This document shows positions 38,801-52,204 of a DNA stretch of 64,000 bases, in pieces; position 1 is the stretch's first letter, and each line of letters opens with the position of its first letter. The notes beneath the pieces were generated by a model. The model saw only the letters and a list, made by a program, of their open reading frames with translations. It ran no database searches and had not been told where the DNA came from. Made by a program: the position numbers and the translations under genes. Origin of the DNA: Dipteris shenzhenensis (Eukaryota); the NCBI GenBank assembly GCA_047967505.1, contig CM106538.1. One strand, 5' to 3'.

Positions 38801-41800
38801 ATCAAACATGTCAATATCTGGCTTTGCTTTGCAGTCCACAAGAGGAGAAGCTGAATGTTCAGCAAAGATCACATCTCTACTGACAATGATCTTCCCAGTA
38901 TTTGGTTGATATAACCGATACCCTCTGCTCTCCTGGCTGTAACCAATGAATATGCATTTGATTGCCTTGTCATCAAGCTTATGTCTCAGCTGAGATGGTA
39001 CATGAACATATGCAAGAGACCCAAAAACTTTCATGTGTGAAAGTGAAGTCTTCCTGCCTTTCCATGCTTCATAAGGTGTAATAGTCTTTAATGCCCGTGT
39101 AGGTGATCTATTCAGCACGTAGTTGGCACACATTACTGCATCAAGCCAAAATTTATTGGGCAAAGACTTGGCCTTAAGCATGCATCTGGCCATCTCCATT
39201 GTGGACCTATTTTTCCTTTCAGAAACAGGATTCTGCTGAGGAGTGTAAGGAGTAGTGCATGAGTGAATAATGCCCCGTGAGGATAGAAATGCATCAAACT
39301 CCTTTGACATATACTCACCCCCCCTATCTGTGTTGAGGGTGACAAGCTTGCATCCTGATTCATTCTCAACCATATTCAGCCATCTCTGAAAGCATAAGAA
39401 AACTTCAGATTTGGCCTTTAAAGGATATACCCAGCAATACCTTGTGAAATCATCAATGAGAGTCATGAAATACTTGTATCCTCCAATGGCATTTGTCCTC
39501 ATTGGGCCACAGACATCACTGTGTACTAGCTGCAATTTCCTTTGTGAGAGTTTTGGACAATTCTTTTGAAAAGGAAATCGATGCATCTTACCCAAAAGAC
39601 AACCCTCACACACATGTTTAGAAACTGTGTGAGTCTGAGGTACATCATTTGCCATCTGCTGTGAATGTAGCTTTGCAAGAGCTCTATAATTGAGATGGCC
39701 CATTCTCTCATGCCAAAGATGAGTTTCAGCAAGCTATGAATCTGAAATAGCCAATGCTTCAATAGAAAGTGCAGCTGAATGATGATCAAGGTGATAAAGC
39801 CCTTTTTGCAAAGTGCCAGTGAGAACTATGGCATTGTCATCACGAAGATCATATACTAGGCATCTGTAGCCATCAAAAATTACTCTGAAACCTGAAGTAG
39901 CAATTGCTAAAATTGAAATCAAGTTGACTTCAATTCCAGGCACAAAAAGAACATTTGTTAGAGTGACAGGATGGCTGGAAATGGATGTGAGCTGCACATC
40001 TCCAACTCCTTTTACAGCATATGAAGCATTATTGGCACATGTAACAGTCCCCCCTCGAGGTGCATCAGCTAGAGAATGAAACAACTGTCTACAAGATGTG
40101 ACATGCTTGGAAGCTCCACTATCAAAGTACCAGGACTGAGCATCATTAGCAGCAAAGAGTGCATCAGCTTTGGAGGGATCAAATGAGCAATGGACAGCCC
40201 ATGCCCAATCATCCTGAAGAGCATGTGCATGTGAAGCATCTGCTGGCTCATGGGATTCAATGGCATGTGAGGCATTAACTGTCAATCTTGCTTTCTTTTT
40301 CTCCGAAGCAATGTTCTTCCTGCATGCTGAAATGTCATGTCCAGGCTTGCGACAATAGTTGCATCTTTTCTTCTTTCCCTTATCTGCTGTATTTTTAGAT
40401 GCATGGGAGGAATTGCAGCTGCTATGCGTAGAGGAATTGCAGCTGCTGTGCGCAGATTTTGGCTTGCCCATAGGCTTGGAAGCCTTGCCTCTTCCTGTCT
40501 GCTGTGAAGCAAATGCATGATCAGGAATAATGGCTTGTCTGTTAGCTCTACTTTGCTCTTCTTGCAAAAGCAAAGTAACTAGCTGATCAAAAGAATAGTG
40601 GTCTGGATTACCCATGGCCACTAATCGAAGGGTTGTAGCAAACCCTTGATATGTATCTGGTAGTCCATTCAATGTAGTACTGACAAGCTGTGAATTTGGC
40701 ACCACCTCATCAATGTTGGCAAGCTGTTCCATGAGGTCCTTGACCTTTGTCAAATATGCATCCATTGACTCACCTTCATTCATATTCACTTCCTGTAATT
40801 GCCTTCTCAAATATGCAACACGAGCTTCATTGCGAATCTGATATAGAGAAGCCAATTTATCCCAAGCATCCTTTGTTGTCCTGCAAGACCGGATGTGTGG
40901 AATAATGATTCTCTTGCATGATAAAGCAATGCATGAATGTGCATTTGCATCTCTTGCATCCCATCTTGACTGTTCTTGAGTTGGAAGAGCAGCAGCAGGA
41001 GTGCTAGAGGAAGAGGCATCAGGAGGAGTACCCCCTGCAGAAGAACCAGCAGTAGAAACAACCACTGAAGGATTGGTTGGCCTCAGATCAGCCCCAGAAA
41101 CAATATTCCACAAATGCTTTGCAACAAGAATATGTTTCATGAGATAAGACCACATCGGATAATTGGTACCATCCAACTTATCATCTTCACGAAGAACTCC
41201 AAATAAATCTTGATTGTTCCCAGCCATAGCAACTGTGATAACCTGTAAAAGACCTGAAAACCCAAAAGCCTCAAGGCTATCACTGCAAAAAGCTGGCTGT
41301 CCCAAAAATGACAGCAAATATCTGCAAATTTCTGACCCAAATCAAAAGGCAAATGCAGATCTGGCCCAAATGTGACTGTGACAGGCAATGTTCACTGCAA
41401 AAACAGCAAATTTGGCAAAAGCCCCAAATTTATTGAGGGCAAATAGGCCAAAAAGAGGGCAAATTCAGAAAAGCCCCAAATTTTGCTGAAATTTTTGCAA
41501 ATGTGACCCAATGTATGCAAATCTGACCCAATGTCCTGCAAATGTAACTGAATGTCCTGCAATCTGACCCAATGTACTGCAATTTAAACAAGAAATTGCA
41601 GACTAAATCCCAAAGCTCCAATATTCTTGTAAGAAATTGCAATCAAAGGAGGTGAAAGGAAATGAAAGCCCCAAATTTTCCAATGTCCTGCAAAAGCCCC
41701 AAATCTGCAAATGTTTGTAGATGACTGCAGTGAGACCAAGGACTTGATTCCAGCCAATGCTAAAACAGGTACAGAACCTGTGGTGAAGCTGTACGGAATA

Positions 41801-44800
41801 CCCAGATCAAGTACAAGTTGTACGACTGATCTGTAGGTACGGTGCAAGTACCTTGCACGGTGTTTTTGCGCAGGTACAGCTGTACGGTGAAAGTACCTTG
41901 TACGACGAATAGCACTGAAGGTACGACGGATATATCACTGCACCGTATGTACGACGAACTGCAGGTACGGGTACCTTGTACGACGATGGTACTGTTGTAC
42001 GACGGATCTATCACTGCACCGTACGTACGGCGAACTGCAAGTACGGGTGTACGATTTCAATACGGCGATGCACGATTTTAGTACGGCGACCCTCGATGCG
42101 CAGGTACGAACCACTGATACCAGGCCTTCCGTACAACTGTACGGAAGGGAATGCAGATACACATGTTGCTTGGGGAGCTGGACGCCTGGATCTTGGACAG
42201 TAGCTGAAGAGCCTTGAACAGGCTGAGAACGGCGCAGAAAACTTCCAATAAGCTATGGAGGGCTCGGGGCTGAGGAGAGCTGGAAGGCTAGAGCAATACC
42301 TGCTCTGATACCACTGAAGGTACGAGTCGAAGAGAGAGAGAGTGCAGGTACAAGACGAGTCGAAAGAGAAGTCACGTCAAACTTAGATAAGGTTGAAAAA
42401 CACAAGTACAAAGTACTTGTACCTAGGCCTAGGACTAAGTGTCCTAGGTGTCACATAGGACTAAGTGTCCTATGTGGCATAGAAGGCACTAACACTATAA
42501 GTGCCTACACTTATGCCTACAAGGCACATACCATGGCCTATAGGGCATCACTAGAACCACCAAAAGATGGCCTACACGAGGCAATCCCAATTCAGGAAGC
42601 AGAAGAATCAGTGTTTGATTCAAATGAGCTCCCCTAAGCCATTCAATTCCTCTTTATGGCTGTCCAGTATCTGGTTCCAAGTTTTGGGGAGTAAGGTAAA
42701 TTGGATGGGTCAAATTATCCTTTGTGCAAGAGAAGGTTCGTAGTCATCTAGTGGTGGGTTGATCTAGGAGATAGCAATGGGAGTTGAGGTAATGCAACAG
42801 CCCACCGTCACTCTGGCCACTGCGGCTACGGCTGCAATTGTGGTACCAACGGATCTTGTAGCGTTGAGAGATTGGGTGATGCGTGATGCAGAGGCCCAGG
42901 CCATCCTAAATGGCACCATTGTGGATTTAGTGCTCACTCACATTCAGCTTGCAACCACTTATTTTACTGTGTGGATCGTCCTAAGGGACATGTATGAGAT
43001 AAATAATGATGCGGGGATACTAGACCTCGAGACAAAGTTGTACAACTTGCAAATGGACCAGGGGGATTCAGTTCAGGAACATGTCACCAACATGAAGGTG
43101 ATTAGGGACAAGCTCTTTCATGTTCGTCAAGCAACAGGCACAGCTCGGATGGCAAGGCTCTTGCTTGGGATGCTTCCGAGAAGGTACAAAGAGTTCGTCG
43201 TGACTATGCTAGACGAGCAACGGAGCACATTAGTGACAATCGAGGAGCTCATGCATCTGCCCTTGTAGAAGGAAGCTCCTAGAAGGAAGTATGAACCAAA
43301 CCTTTGTATACCAAGGACAAAGGAAAAGCCAAAGGTAAAGGCAAGGGTAAGCCTAGCGACGTTAAGCCCAACAACCAACAACAAAAAGAAGAGTGAAAAA
43401 TATAAAGATGATGGGGATGCTGCTGATTGTGAGTATGAGAAAATAAGAAAACACCAAAAGAAGTGCTTCTACTGTGATCTGCCAGGGCACTTTGCAAAGG
43501 ACTGCAGGAAGAAGAAGGAGACCAGTCAAGATTCAAATGAGTAAACTCCAAAAGCTACTATAGTAAAGCAAGGACTTCCTTGGTTACATCTCCATGTGTT
43601 ATTAAGGTCAAGTATGCTGACCTTGGTATTTTAGTAAGTATGTGAACATCAATATGTGCGCAGATTGTTCCGAGTGCGGAATTGGTATCACTGACCTGAG
43701 GAAAGATTCTGGGAAGAACCTAACGATTCAAGGTCATTTGGAGCTATGATACTGAAGGGGGCGTTTCAAGATTACACATGATAGCTGGGTGTGCCTCCAT
43801 GAGGTACATGGTTTGCTTTTACAGCAAGCAAACAAGCCGGATGTAGGGTGCTGGAAGATGGGCATTGGTTAAATTGTTAAGCCTCGATGATGAAGATAAG
43901 GACATCTACAAGAGGAAAGAGTGTGCTGAAGTAAAAAAGATAGTTGTTTGAGAGCTCACTGGGAGCTCATGAGCATTTACATCGACGTGTTGGGATTGGA
44001 CACGTTGTGTCAGTGAGAGGGAATGTCGAAGTTTAGGTAGTCACCTCGCAATCTCTAAGCCCCCAAATGAGGAGTGCATGGGGGAGGTGGACTAGGTTAA
44101 GTTAGTTGACATGTGGGCACTGTTTGAGCCTGCCACATGGCAGAACTAACAAAGAAAGCAGGGCAGCAAGCACACAAAGATTCGGAAGAGCAGCAAGAAA
44201 TGAAGCTCTGCCCAGAACTGCCGCCGCCACAATGACACATGGCATGCTCTGGTTGGTGCTGCTCAGTGATGGTACAGTCTGGTACATGGGCTGGAACAAA
44301 CCCATAATGGAGATCAAAGCCTGCGCGGCATACTAGAGTGGGTGGAACATGAAAAGACAGCCCGGAGGGAAAAAGGGGGGGGGGGAGGCTCGTGCCTGTT
44401 TACAGATGTCTGGAGAAGACTGTAGGATTGTACTGAGAACAACCAGGGGCAGCAGCACTGGAGCATGCCAGGAGCAGATGGGCGACTGATTTCCATGGCA
44501 TTCTGGGCAGGGAAAAAGCCCGGGAATGCTGGAAAAGGGTCCAGACAGGTCTAGCCAATTGCAGACTGCCATGTGGCCAGACTGGGCAGCAAAAGCCTGC
44601 AGACCAAGTCAGGTCCCACAAACTAAGGGGTCGGCTGATTCAGTCGGCTCTTCTAGGGCTCCTTTGGTAGCCCATTCAAGGCTCATATTATCCTGAGCAA
44701 TTTTGGTGAGCAGTCCAACCTGATTGAAGGCACCATCCATGAGGATATTGCCGCAGCAAGGAAAGTGAATACAAGGAGCTCACAGGCCTTCATAAAGGGC

Positions 44801-45287
44801 TTCCCTCACAGCAGCAAAGGAAGCTGGAATCAAGGAAGTGACTTGTGCCTCAGTTTGTATTCAAACAGCAGGGAGGTCAGGGATCCATAGCAAGCACTGC
44901 CTTACGAGAGGCTGTCCAGGAGGATCAGTTGGGAAGGGGTGATTGTGGGGGGGCACACATGCAAGGCCCACATAAGATCTATGTGAGCAACGTAGGCCAA
45001 GTGTTTGGAGTTGCCAAGCAGGTAGGACAGCCTTTTGAGTGTGCAGAGTCCACATCTAGTCAACACTCAGCTGATCGATTTTTCAGTGTGCGAAGTCCAC
45101 ATCTAGTCAACACTCAGCTGATCGATTGTGGCATACTTTGTATATGATTGTGTCCAACTTTCTGCATGCCCACTTAGTACAAACTAAGAAAAGTGAAGTT
45201 TGGAACTGAAGTTACGACTGTGTGATTCCTGGGTTCAATGACTCTCTCTGGGTTAGCTTCAGTTGTGTGACCCTTTGTTCCCTAACG
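35861..45287 (+). mobile_element. Old gag-only (TR-GAG-like) copia-type LTR element with ~1.3-kb LTRs, interrupted by Copia-2
   Basis: Diverged direct repeats 35861-37226 and 44024-45287; PBS 37227-37238; UBN2-like gag 42777-43268 and knuckle CFYCDLPGHFAKDC; PPT gagagggaa 44015-44023; TSD CAAAG/TAAAG; no pol recognised. Confidence 0.78.
37372..42576 (-). mobile_element. Young Ty1/copia (Copia-2) with an in-frame RT/RH deletion
   Basis: TSD CGAGG (37367-37371, 42577-42581); 3' LTR 37372-37816 and PPT 37817-37828; 5' LTR 42315-42576; PBS reverse complement 42302-42313; gag-PR-INT-RT in one frame from ATG 41227 with a single stop at 39734-39736. Confidence 0.95.
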
Positions 45288-45418
45288 TAAAGCCTCCTAA
45301 ATGAAAGGAAAAAAGCAAAAATGCTTCAGCCATGCACAAAGGCCATATTGAAAGTGCCCAAGCGAGTGATTGGCCTCCATGGGGCAACCAAATTTCTGCA
45401 TCCCCCCTTCGGGATAAG

Positions 45419-47290
45419 TGTTGGTAAACTGAAAAGAAAGAGTAGAGTGGACACAAACTCGGAATACTTGCATTATGGAATGAAGAAGAGTGAGGTCCTT
45501 ATGTAGGCACCTCATACATGCTCACTGACATCACTGATGACTTCAAAGCTCCACAATCATCTCCTCAATCTGCTCCTAGATTCTCTCAATCATCCTATGT
45601 GGCTTTCCACCACCTAACTGTGCTTATGGGCACCTAATTGTGCCTCTAGCACTCACACATAGAAACCAAGGTGTGCCTGAGGCATACACCTTGAGATATC
45701 CCATCAAACCCCCCCTCAAGGGAATGCCTCAGGCTATGTCAAGGATACAGCTAGCACAAGGTGTCTCATGCCATCTCATGGTGGTCATGGATCTATCAAT
45801 GGCTAGGATCTCAAGCTAGCAAGGGTTCCCATGGGTGTAAGGTAAACTAAAAGGGACACAAAAAGACCTTCCAATGGTTATCTCCCCTGCATGTACATGC
45901 ACACAATCTCTGCAGGAGGTACCATGGAGCAAAACATACACATGGCCTACATCATAAGGTGACCAGAGGTGTTTACAAAACACACAAAACACCATAGTTT
46001 ATTTCATTCATTTTGGAGGACTATCCAGGCTGAGTACCTTGACATAAAAAGAGAGATCTGGAGCATACAAGGAGATGATTTAAAATGCATAATCTTCAAA
46101 GGATGCCTCATCTTGTGGAGGCTCATCAACTGAAAGTAGATTGGCATTTTCCGTCTTTGAAGTTGCTTCCTTTTTGGCAACCATTATCTTGGCAATCTTC
46201 AACAAGGAAGCCATGTTGGCATTCTCTTCCTTTGTAGCATAACAAGACATTGCTTTATGTTTAGGCTTTTCACATATTTTGCATAAGCAAGCCATGAGAG
46301 GGTCTAACCCAGATATTGGGCAGTGTCTTCTCTCTTACAAGGCTAGAATAACAACTAAAAAGCTTCAGAATATAAGCATTTAATGTAGCAAAGTCTTGTG
46401 ACCAAATTTCAATCAATGATGCTTTCACTTATATGCTTCACAGAGGTGGCTAAATGAAATCTTTCCAATCAAAACCAGGTATAGCAACTCAAAGCACAAC
46501 TGAAGCCACACTTGTACTGATGTTATTGAAAGTTTCAAAAAACCAGAAATGCTAGAATAGCATCTTATGTAGCATCATCTTCAAAAACTTGTCAAAACTG
46601 TCAAAATCAAAAGATTGAACTTGGAGAGCTTGTATCTTACTCTTTAGAGCAAAGGAAAAGGGGGTTTCTGAGGCAAAAGAGAACTGATATACAACAGAAG
46701 ATCCTCTGAGAAGAAAAGGCGCAAAAACACGTCAGGGCGCCATAGCTAGTCTCTCCAATTTCAACTAGTTTTTCTATGTTTTCAGCTTGAATAAGCAACC
46801 ATTGCTGCTCAAATTTCAGCACAGGATAGCTCTAGGTATGGACTAGCTCCCCCTGAAAGGAATTAGAGAAGTATGGAGTATGCTGAGAGAAAATGCAGGA
46901 ACAGAGGTCGACGAACTGCGTGTAATGGCGACGAAACGAGCCCGTATTTCTTTAATTCCTTTGAGCCAGGGGTTCGCCCCTTCGAGGATCTCCCCAACAG
47001 GAAGGGCGTGGAAAAAGGTAGAGAACCGGAGGAGAACAGGCTTAAGCAAACTTTGGGAAGAAGAGGAAGAGATGGTGAAGAAGAAGATGGAGAAGAAGAT
47101 GATGATGTGGCAGAAATGGATCAAGGGGGATCAAATAGCTCTGATACCATGTTGGTAAACTGAAAAGAAAGAGTAGAGTGGACACAAACTCAGAATACTT
47201 GCATTATGGAATGAAGAAGAGTGAGGTCCTTATGTAGGCACCTCATACATGCTCACTGACATCACTGATGACTTCAGAGCTCCACAATCA
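45419..47290 (-). mobile_element. Small non-autonomous LTR element (1.87 kb)
   Basis: TSD ATAAG (45414-45418, 47291-47295); 141-bp near-identical repeats 45419-45559 and 47150-47290; PBS reverse complement 47138-47149; knuckle remnant CKICEKPKHKAMSC. Confidence 0.9.
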
Positions 47291-48399
47291 ATAAGATGAA
47301 TGAGACCCTCTGTAATTCAATCAGGAATAGCACTAGAGTCCCAAATGCCCTGCAAGGTAGAAACAACTAGTCCCCAACCATGTCCCAAAAAGAAACAAAA
47401 GAGTGTGTCAACCCATCTACGCCTAGACACTAGCGCGGCGGCTGAACATTAACTTCGCACACGTGGGAGTGACAACCCACGTTTTGCTTCGTCTGCAAGT
47501 GGTGGGCGGCTGTTGCTTTGCATGACCAGAGATGCAGGTGTGTGTTCAGAACAGGCGGCTGTATTTGGGCAGTATCCGGAGTGGTTTTCGAGGCGGCTGA
47601 CAAAGGGATGATGGCTTGTGCAGTCCGCGTGTGTTGCTGGCTTGTGAATGGCCAGATTTAGAAGGGCCCTTGCATTCCATATGTGATGGGATGACCTTGT
47701 GTAGGGGGGTCAAATTGGCATTCGGATACTGGCTTACTCGTGGTTTGGACCACGGAGGGGTGCTGGAAATAGGCCTTAGAAGCCTTACCGTGGTCCAAAC
47801 CCCCTCATGGTGCCTAAAAGAAAATGTGTGTGGATATTGAAATAAAAAGGGGGGGATCTTCTAGTACTACACACCAACACATCACATCAACGCACTCTTT
47901 GGCTATGATGTCTAGTCAGCGCTTCAAGAGAAGAAGCTGCAGCAAACAAAAGCAGCAAGCCCTAGATCCAATCGGCCATTTGAGTGGAGGAGGTATTTCC
48001 TATTTGCTGTGTTTTTTGGACAGCAAGTTCCCAACCTTTTGTTGCTGTGTTTGTAGCCCTGATACCTGTAACAGCATGCTGTACCAGTAAACCAATCTTC
48101 TGCAGTAAACTCTCCCTGCACCTGAGGACCATGCTAGATGCATGCGCCTGACAATCCCTTTTGTCCATCTGCTCGGGCTGGTCTCTTCAGTCTGCCAACC
48201 ACTTCTGCCTCTGAATTGCTCACTCCAAGTCTGTCTACAGCCTACACGTGGACCTTTCTGCTCACCACTTGTGGGCCTGCCAACAGCCTTCCATGAGCCT
48301 TTAGATGATGCCCATGTGGCAACCCTTTCTGTCTTTCAGATCTGCCCTATGGCAGTTTGGGGACTCACACATGGGGAGGTGACCACGATAATCCCAACA

Positions 48400-50405
48400 C
48401 ATGCTCATGCTGGTGTAGTACTTGCTACCATAATGTAACGAGCTCTACAATGCCGTGAGCCTGCGGACTATACATGAGTTTCTTCTTTATGTGGCAGTGA
48501 CCCTACGAGCTATGCATGAGTTAATACATGTGTGTTTGCTTCTTCAAGTCACAATAATACTTCCTTTCCTTCAGATACAATCATAACTTCTGCATAGTAT
48601 GGGTTTGCATACTTTCCAAAGTTTATAATTCCATTTCATTTGGTATTAGTACCAAAGTGCCGATTTTTGGCTTTGATGATGAATTTTATCAACAGAAATG
48701 TTTCGGTGCAGAAGCTCCATGGATGAATTTCCCAATATGGCAACTCAGCACTAGGTTATTTTCCATGGAGAGAGGAGTCCAGTCAGTACTTGCAGACACC
48801 TAAAAGAGACCTACAGACACTAAGAGGTTGGGGAAATTTTGCTATGTATGAACATAAGTGTTCAACAACTATAGGGCTTTCATACAGATTACTGGGCAGA
48901 TCACCTAGATCTGACAAGATATGTATCTGAGAATTGGGTAGTTCAAAGGTTGTTTGGAATAATTAAGAGATGTCAATGCCATACTAAAACAAGAACTGTT
49001 TAGTCTGCATGTTAAAAACAATATGAATCTTGGAGTGCACCAAATTAAGCTACAAGAAACAGTTAAGCAGCTGGCAAAGTTGGATTCAAAGGTTGACGAC
49101 AAGGACATATAAGCAATACTTCTATCAAGCTTATCCTTAGCTTATTCTAACATAGTTAGAATTCTCAGGTATTCATGGTTTAGTTTCAGCACCCGCTCAT
49201 GAGGAGCCTAGATCTTTACAAATTTCTAATGGACGTGACGAAAAAGGTCTTCTGCCAAAAAAACTTGGAATTCTATGATTAGATGTCACTTTTGTGATAA
49301 CACAGGTCATGCTGAGGCTTGAGCAAAAGTGCCTGACCTCTTTAATGAAAGAGATGGGAAGGTTGTAAGCAAGGGTAAGTCAGTTACAAACTATGCAACT
49401 GATACAGAAATCAAAGATTTTGCTAGGATTGCCAAAACTCAAAGGAGAACTGGTTGTAGCAACAGCAAGTTACATCGATCCCAAGTTAAGGGAGGACATA
49501 CACATTGAACAAGGAAGACTCGGTAAATCCTTTAGAAGACAACCATTGAAGTTAATGACGATCTCCTGTTCTTTTTTATCATCCTGTTCTTTTTCTCTAA
49601 ACAGTGAACATGCAAGACTTGACGCTGAGATTTAAGTAGAGCTCTTGTGAGTAAATGTTTTTCAAAAAAGTATTCGCTACCATCATCATTCTATGCTTCT
49701 TTTCTTGGCTATTGTGAACGCTTCAAACAATCCATGGACAAATTTCTGCAGGCAGGATCTAAACAATGGTCTTGATTTATTTTCAGAGTTTGACATCAGA
49801 GACTTTCCATTTGCTGGACAGCAACTGATGAGCTGTCTGTTTTCTCCCTCTCAAATTGAGGGGGGTAGTATTAGATATAGTTAAATCCAACGTGTTGGTG
49901 GGTTAGTGGATTAGGGTGGAGCAGTCTACTAGTCTTTGACACAAGATATCACGTAGTTTCAAACCAAACAAGATTCTAGGGACGCCCTTGTGGTTCAGGA
50001 CTTTACAGCCTTCTCTAAGGTCTCTGAATCTCATGAGTTGATGTCTCACATCTTCCAAAGGTCAAGGGAGCACTCGCGTGCTGGCCTCTCATCATTGGTT
50101 GTCTATTTCAGTGTTCTAGTCTGCTAGAGCTCAGCCACTACTCCAAATCTCTATATATATCGAGGCAGTCTTTTGCTAGTAGTAGACTGTAGTAGAGCAG
50201 ACGAGCTATGTGCCCATGCTTGTGTATTGTGTTTTTTCTATCATAATGTACCAAGCTCTAGAAGGCAGTGACCCTGCAGGCTATGCATGAGTTCCCTTAT
50301 AATACATGGGCGCCTGTTTTTCCATGTCGGAATATTACTTATTTTCTCTCAGATGCACTCATAACTCCAACATAGTACTTTCCATAGTTATAATTCTGCT
50401 TCACA
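48400..50405 (+). mobile_element. Old degenerate copia-type element (gag remnant, diverged LTR ends)
   Basis: Similar blocks at 48500-48640 and 50271-50405; PBS-like tggtattag at 48641; UBN2-like LKQELFSLH...LLSSL at ~48980-49165; PPT ttgagggggg at 49856-49865. The 5' boundary is uncertain. Confidence 0.55.
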
Positions 50406-50584
50406 TGAGTACTTTCCAGGTAGGCCATCTCTTTGCTCTTATAAACTGGTAATTGGCACCATGAACACAGCCCCATGTTCTATTACTATTGCAGCACAAC
50501 ATAACCTGTGAAATATAACATTCAAAAAACACAACTTTCTAAAGACAGGATTCTCTCCTTTAAAAATGGTGTCCCAAAAAGTAC

Positions 50585-50695
50585 CTTCAATTGCACAGAC
50601 ATGCCCACTAGATCAGGAATATAGAGCTCGTCTGCCTTCAATGTTGGCCTATCTTGATTTTTAACAAGAATAGTGGCTCCCAAAAGTTCAGTGGC
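50585..50695 (-). CDS. rimM: RimM-family gene, exon C
   Basis: tacag|GCC...AAG|gtac, 111 bp; ATELLGATILVKNQDRPTLKADELYIPDLVGMSVQLK is the RimM linker and start of the PRC barrel. Confidence 0.9.
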
Positions 50696-51850
50696 CTGTA
50701 CATCAAACATACAAAAGTAGCTAGCATGTCAGAATATGTGAATATTCATTTAAACTCCAAAGTTCTTTAAGACACAAGTCTCCATAATACCTAACATGGT
50801 TGTTCCTTGCTTGTTTGCATTAGGACCCTCTAGTAGATCCCAAATCAGGAGTTTCAGATGACAAGCTTGTTCAAATTTTGATTTTCTTCAAATTGTCTTC
50901 ACAATATCAAAAGATACAGCAGTCTGGAAATGAAACAGATTTCTCTGATACTATATGATTCTACCACTGAAAACAGGTATTTTGCCACAGCAGCAGTACA
51001 CGTTTTAACAATGAATAGCACAGTGTGGATACTTTTGATTTGAATCTTATTTGCCATGATTCGGTTACTTGGACAATGTATGGGCAGACCATGTATGGGC
51101 AAGCCCAATTGCTAAATTAAAAGGATGATGTTATTTTAGCCTTTGTTGGTTGATTTCTGTGTAACATTGTGTTTTCCATTTTCCTAATGCTGTTACTAAG
51201 CACATAGGTTGCTTTGGCTCCCTGTAGTTGAGATTCTGTGCAACAAGGTGTGTGTGTCATATTATTATTAAAAATATACCTAAATAAGGCTAGAATATAT
51301 CCAATCTTACAGATTATAATTTTTATAAACAAGCGGAAGAAAAAGGAAAGAAGGGTTTTTGTAAGCAACTTTAAACAAAATTATGAGTAAATGGTAGAAT
51401 TAAAATAAAAACAATTTAGTAAGCAAAGCTATGCTTATGTTCTCATCAGTACCCAAGCATAAGCTGCCATTTGGGTTCAAAAATTTCTGAAATCTCTTTC
51501 GACTGAATAAGAACCTTTTCCATTTAAAAAAAGGGCAATAAAATAAAGGATGGATTTTGTTTTGACAAATCTCCCTAGAATCTGTCATATCCATATAAGC
51601 AGTATGTCCCCTCTCAGAACTTATATAGTCACCATGAAGAAGAAATGCATACTTTTCTTGAAAAATGCATTCCCACAATAGTCCTAATTCTTGTCCTCTT
51701 CAATTCACAATTATTTAGCATTAGCGAGAAGCAAGAACTGATGAGTTCAGACCTGATACTTTGCCCCTTAGCATTAAGAAATTTGATTTTGAAAGTGTGT
51801 CTTGGAACAAAACCAGAATCTAAAAGCCAGATGAATAAAAACAGCATTAC

Positions 51851-51994
51851 CTCCTCGAGTGTCTCAAAACCTTGAAAAGTGATCAGCCAAGATGGTTGTT
51901 TCCCTTGAATAAATTTCCGACCACTTATAAGTTCAACTTGGCGGACCCCCATCAACGTGCCCATCCGATAAAATCCAACCCATCTAATTCCTGG
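51851..51994 (-). CDS. rimM: RimM-family gene, exon B
   Basis: ttccag|CCA...GAG|gtaatg, 144 bp, phase 0/0; PGIRWVG...VELISGR...SWLITFQGFETLEE continues the RimM N-domain in frame. Confidence 0.88.
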
Positions 51995-52204
51995 CTGGAA
52001 CAACAACCTGCAGATACTTAGAGCAAATGAGATGGAACTACCACATCTCCACAGTATTCAGAGAGAAGAGAGAACAGCATTCAAATTAACCCATCATAGT
52101 TATCAACTTATTCTGAAAGCAATAGTGCTAGGAAAGTGAAACCAAAGGAAATGCCAGAAGGGATTCTCAGGATACTAGTGAGTGGAGATACAACAGCAAG
52201 ATAC

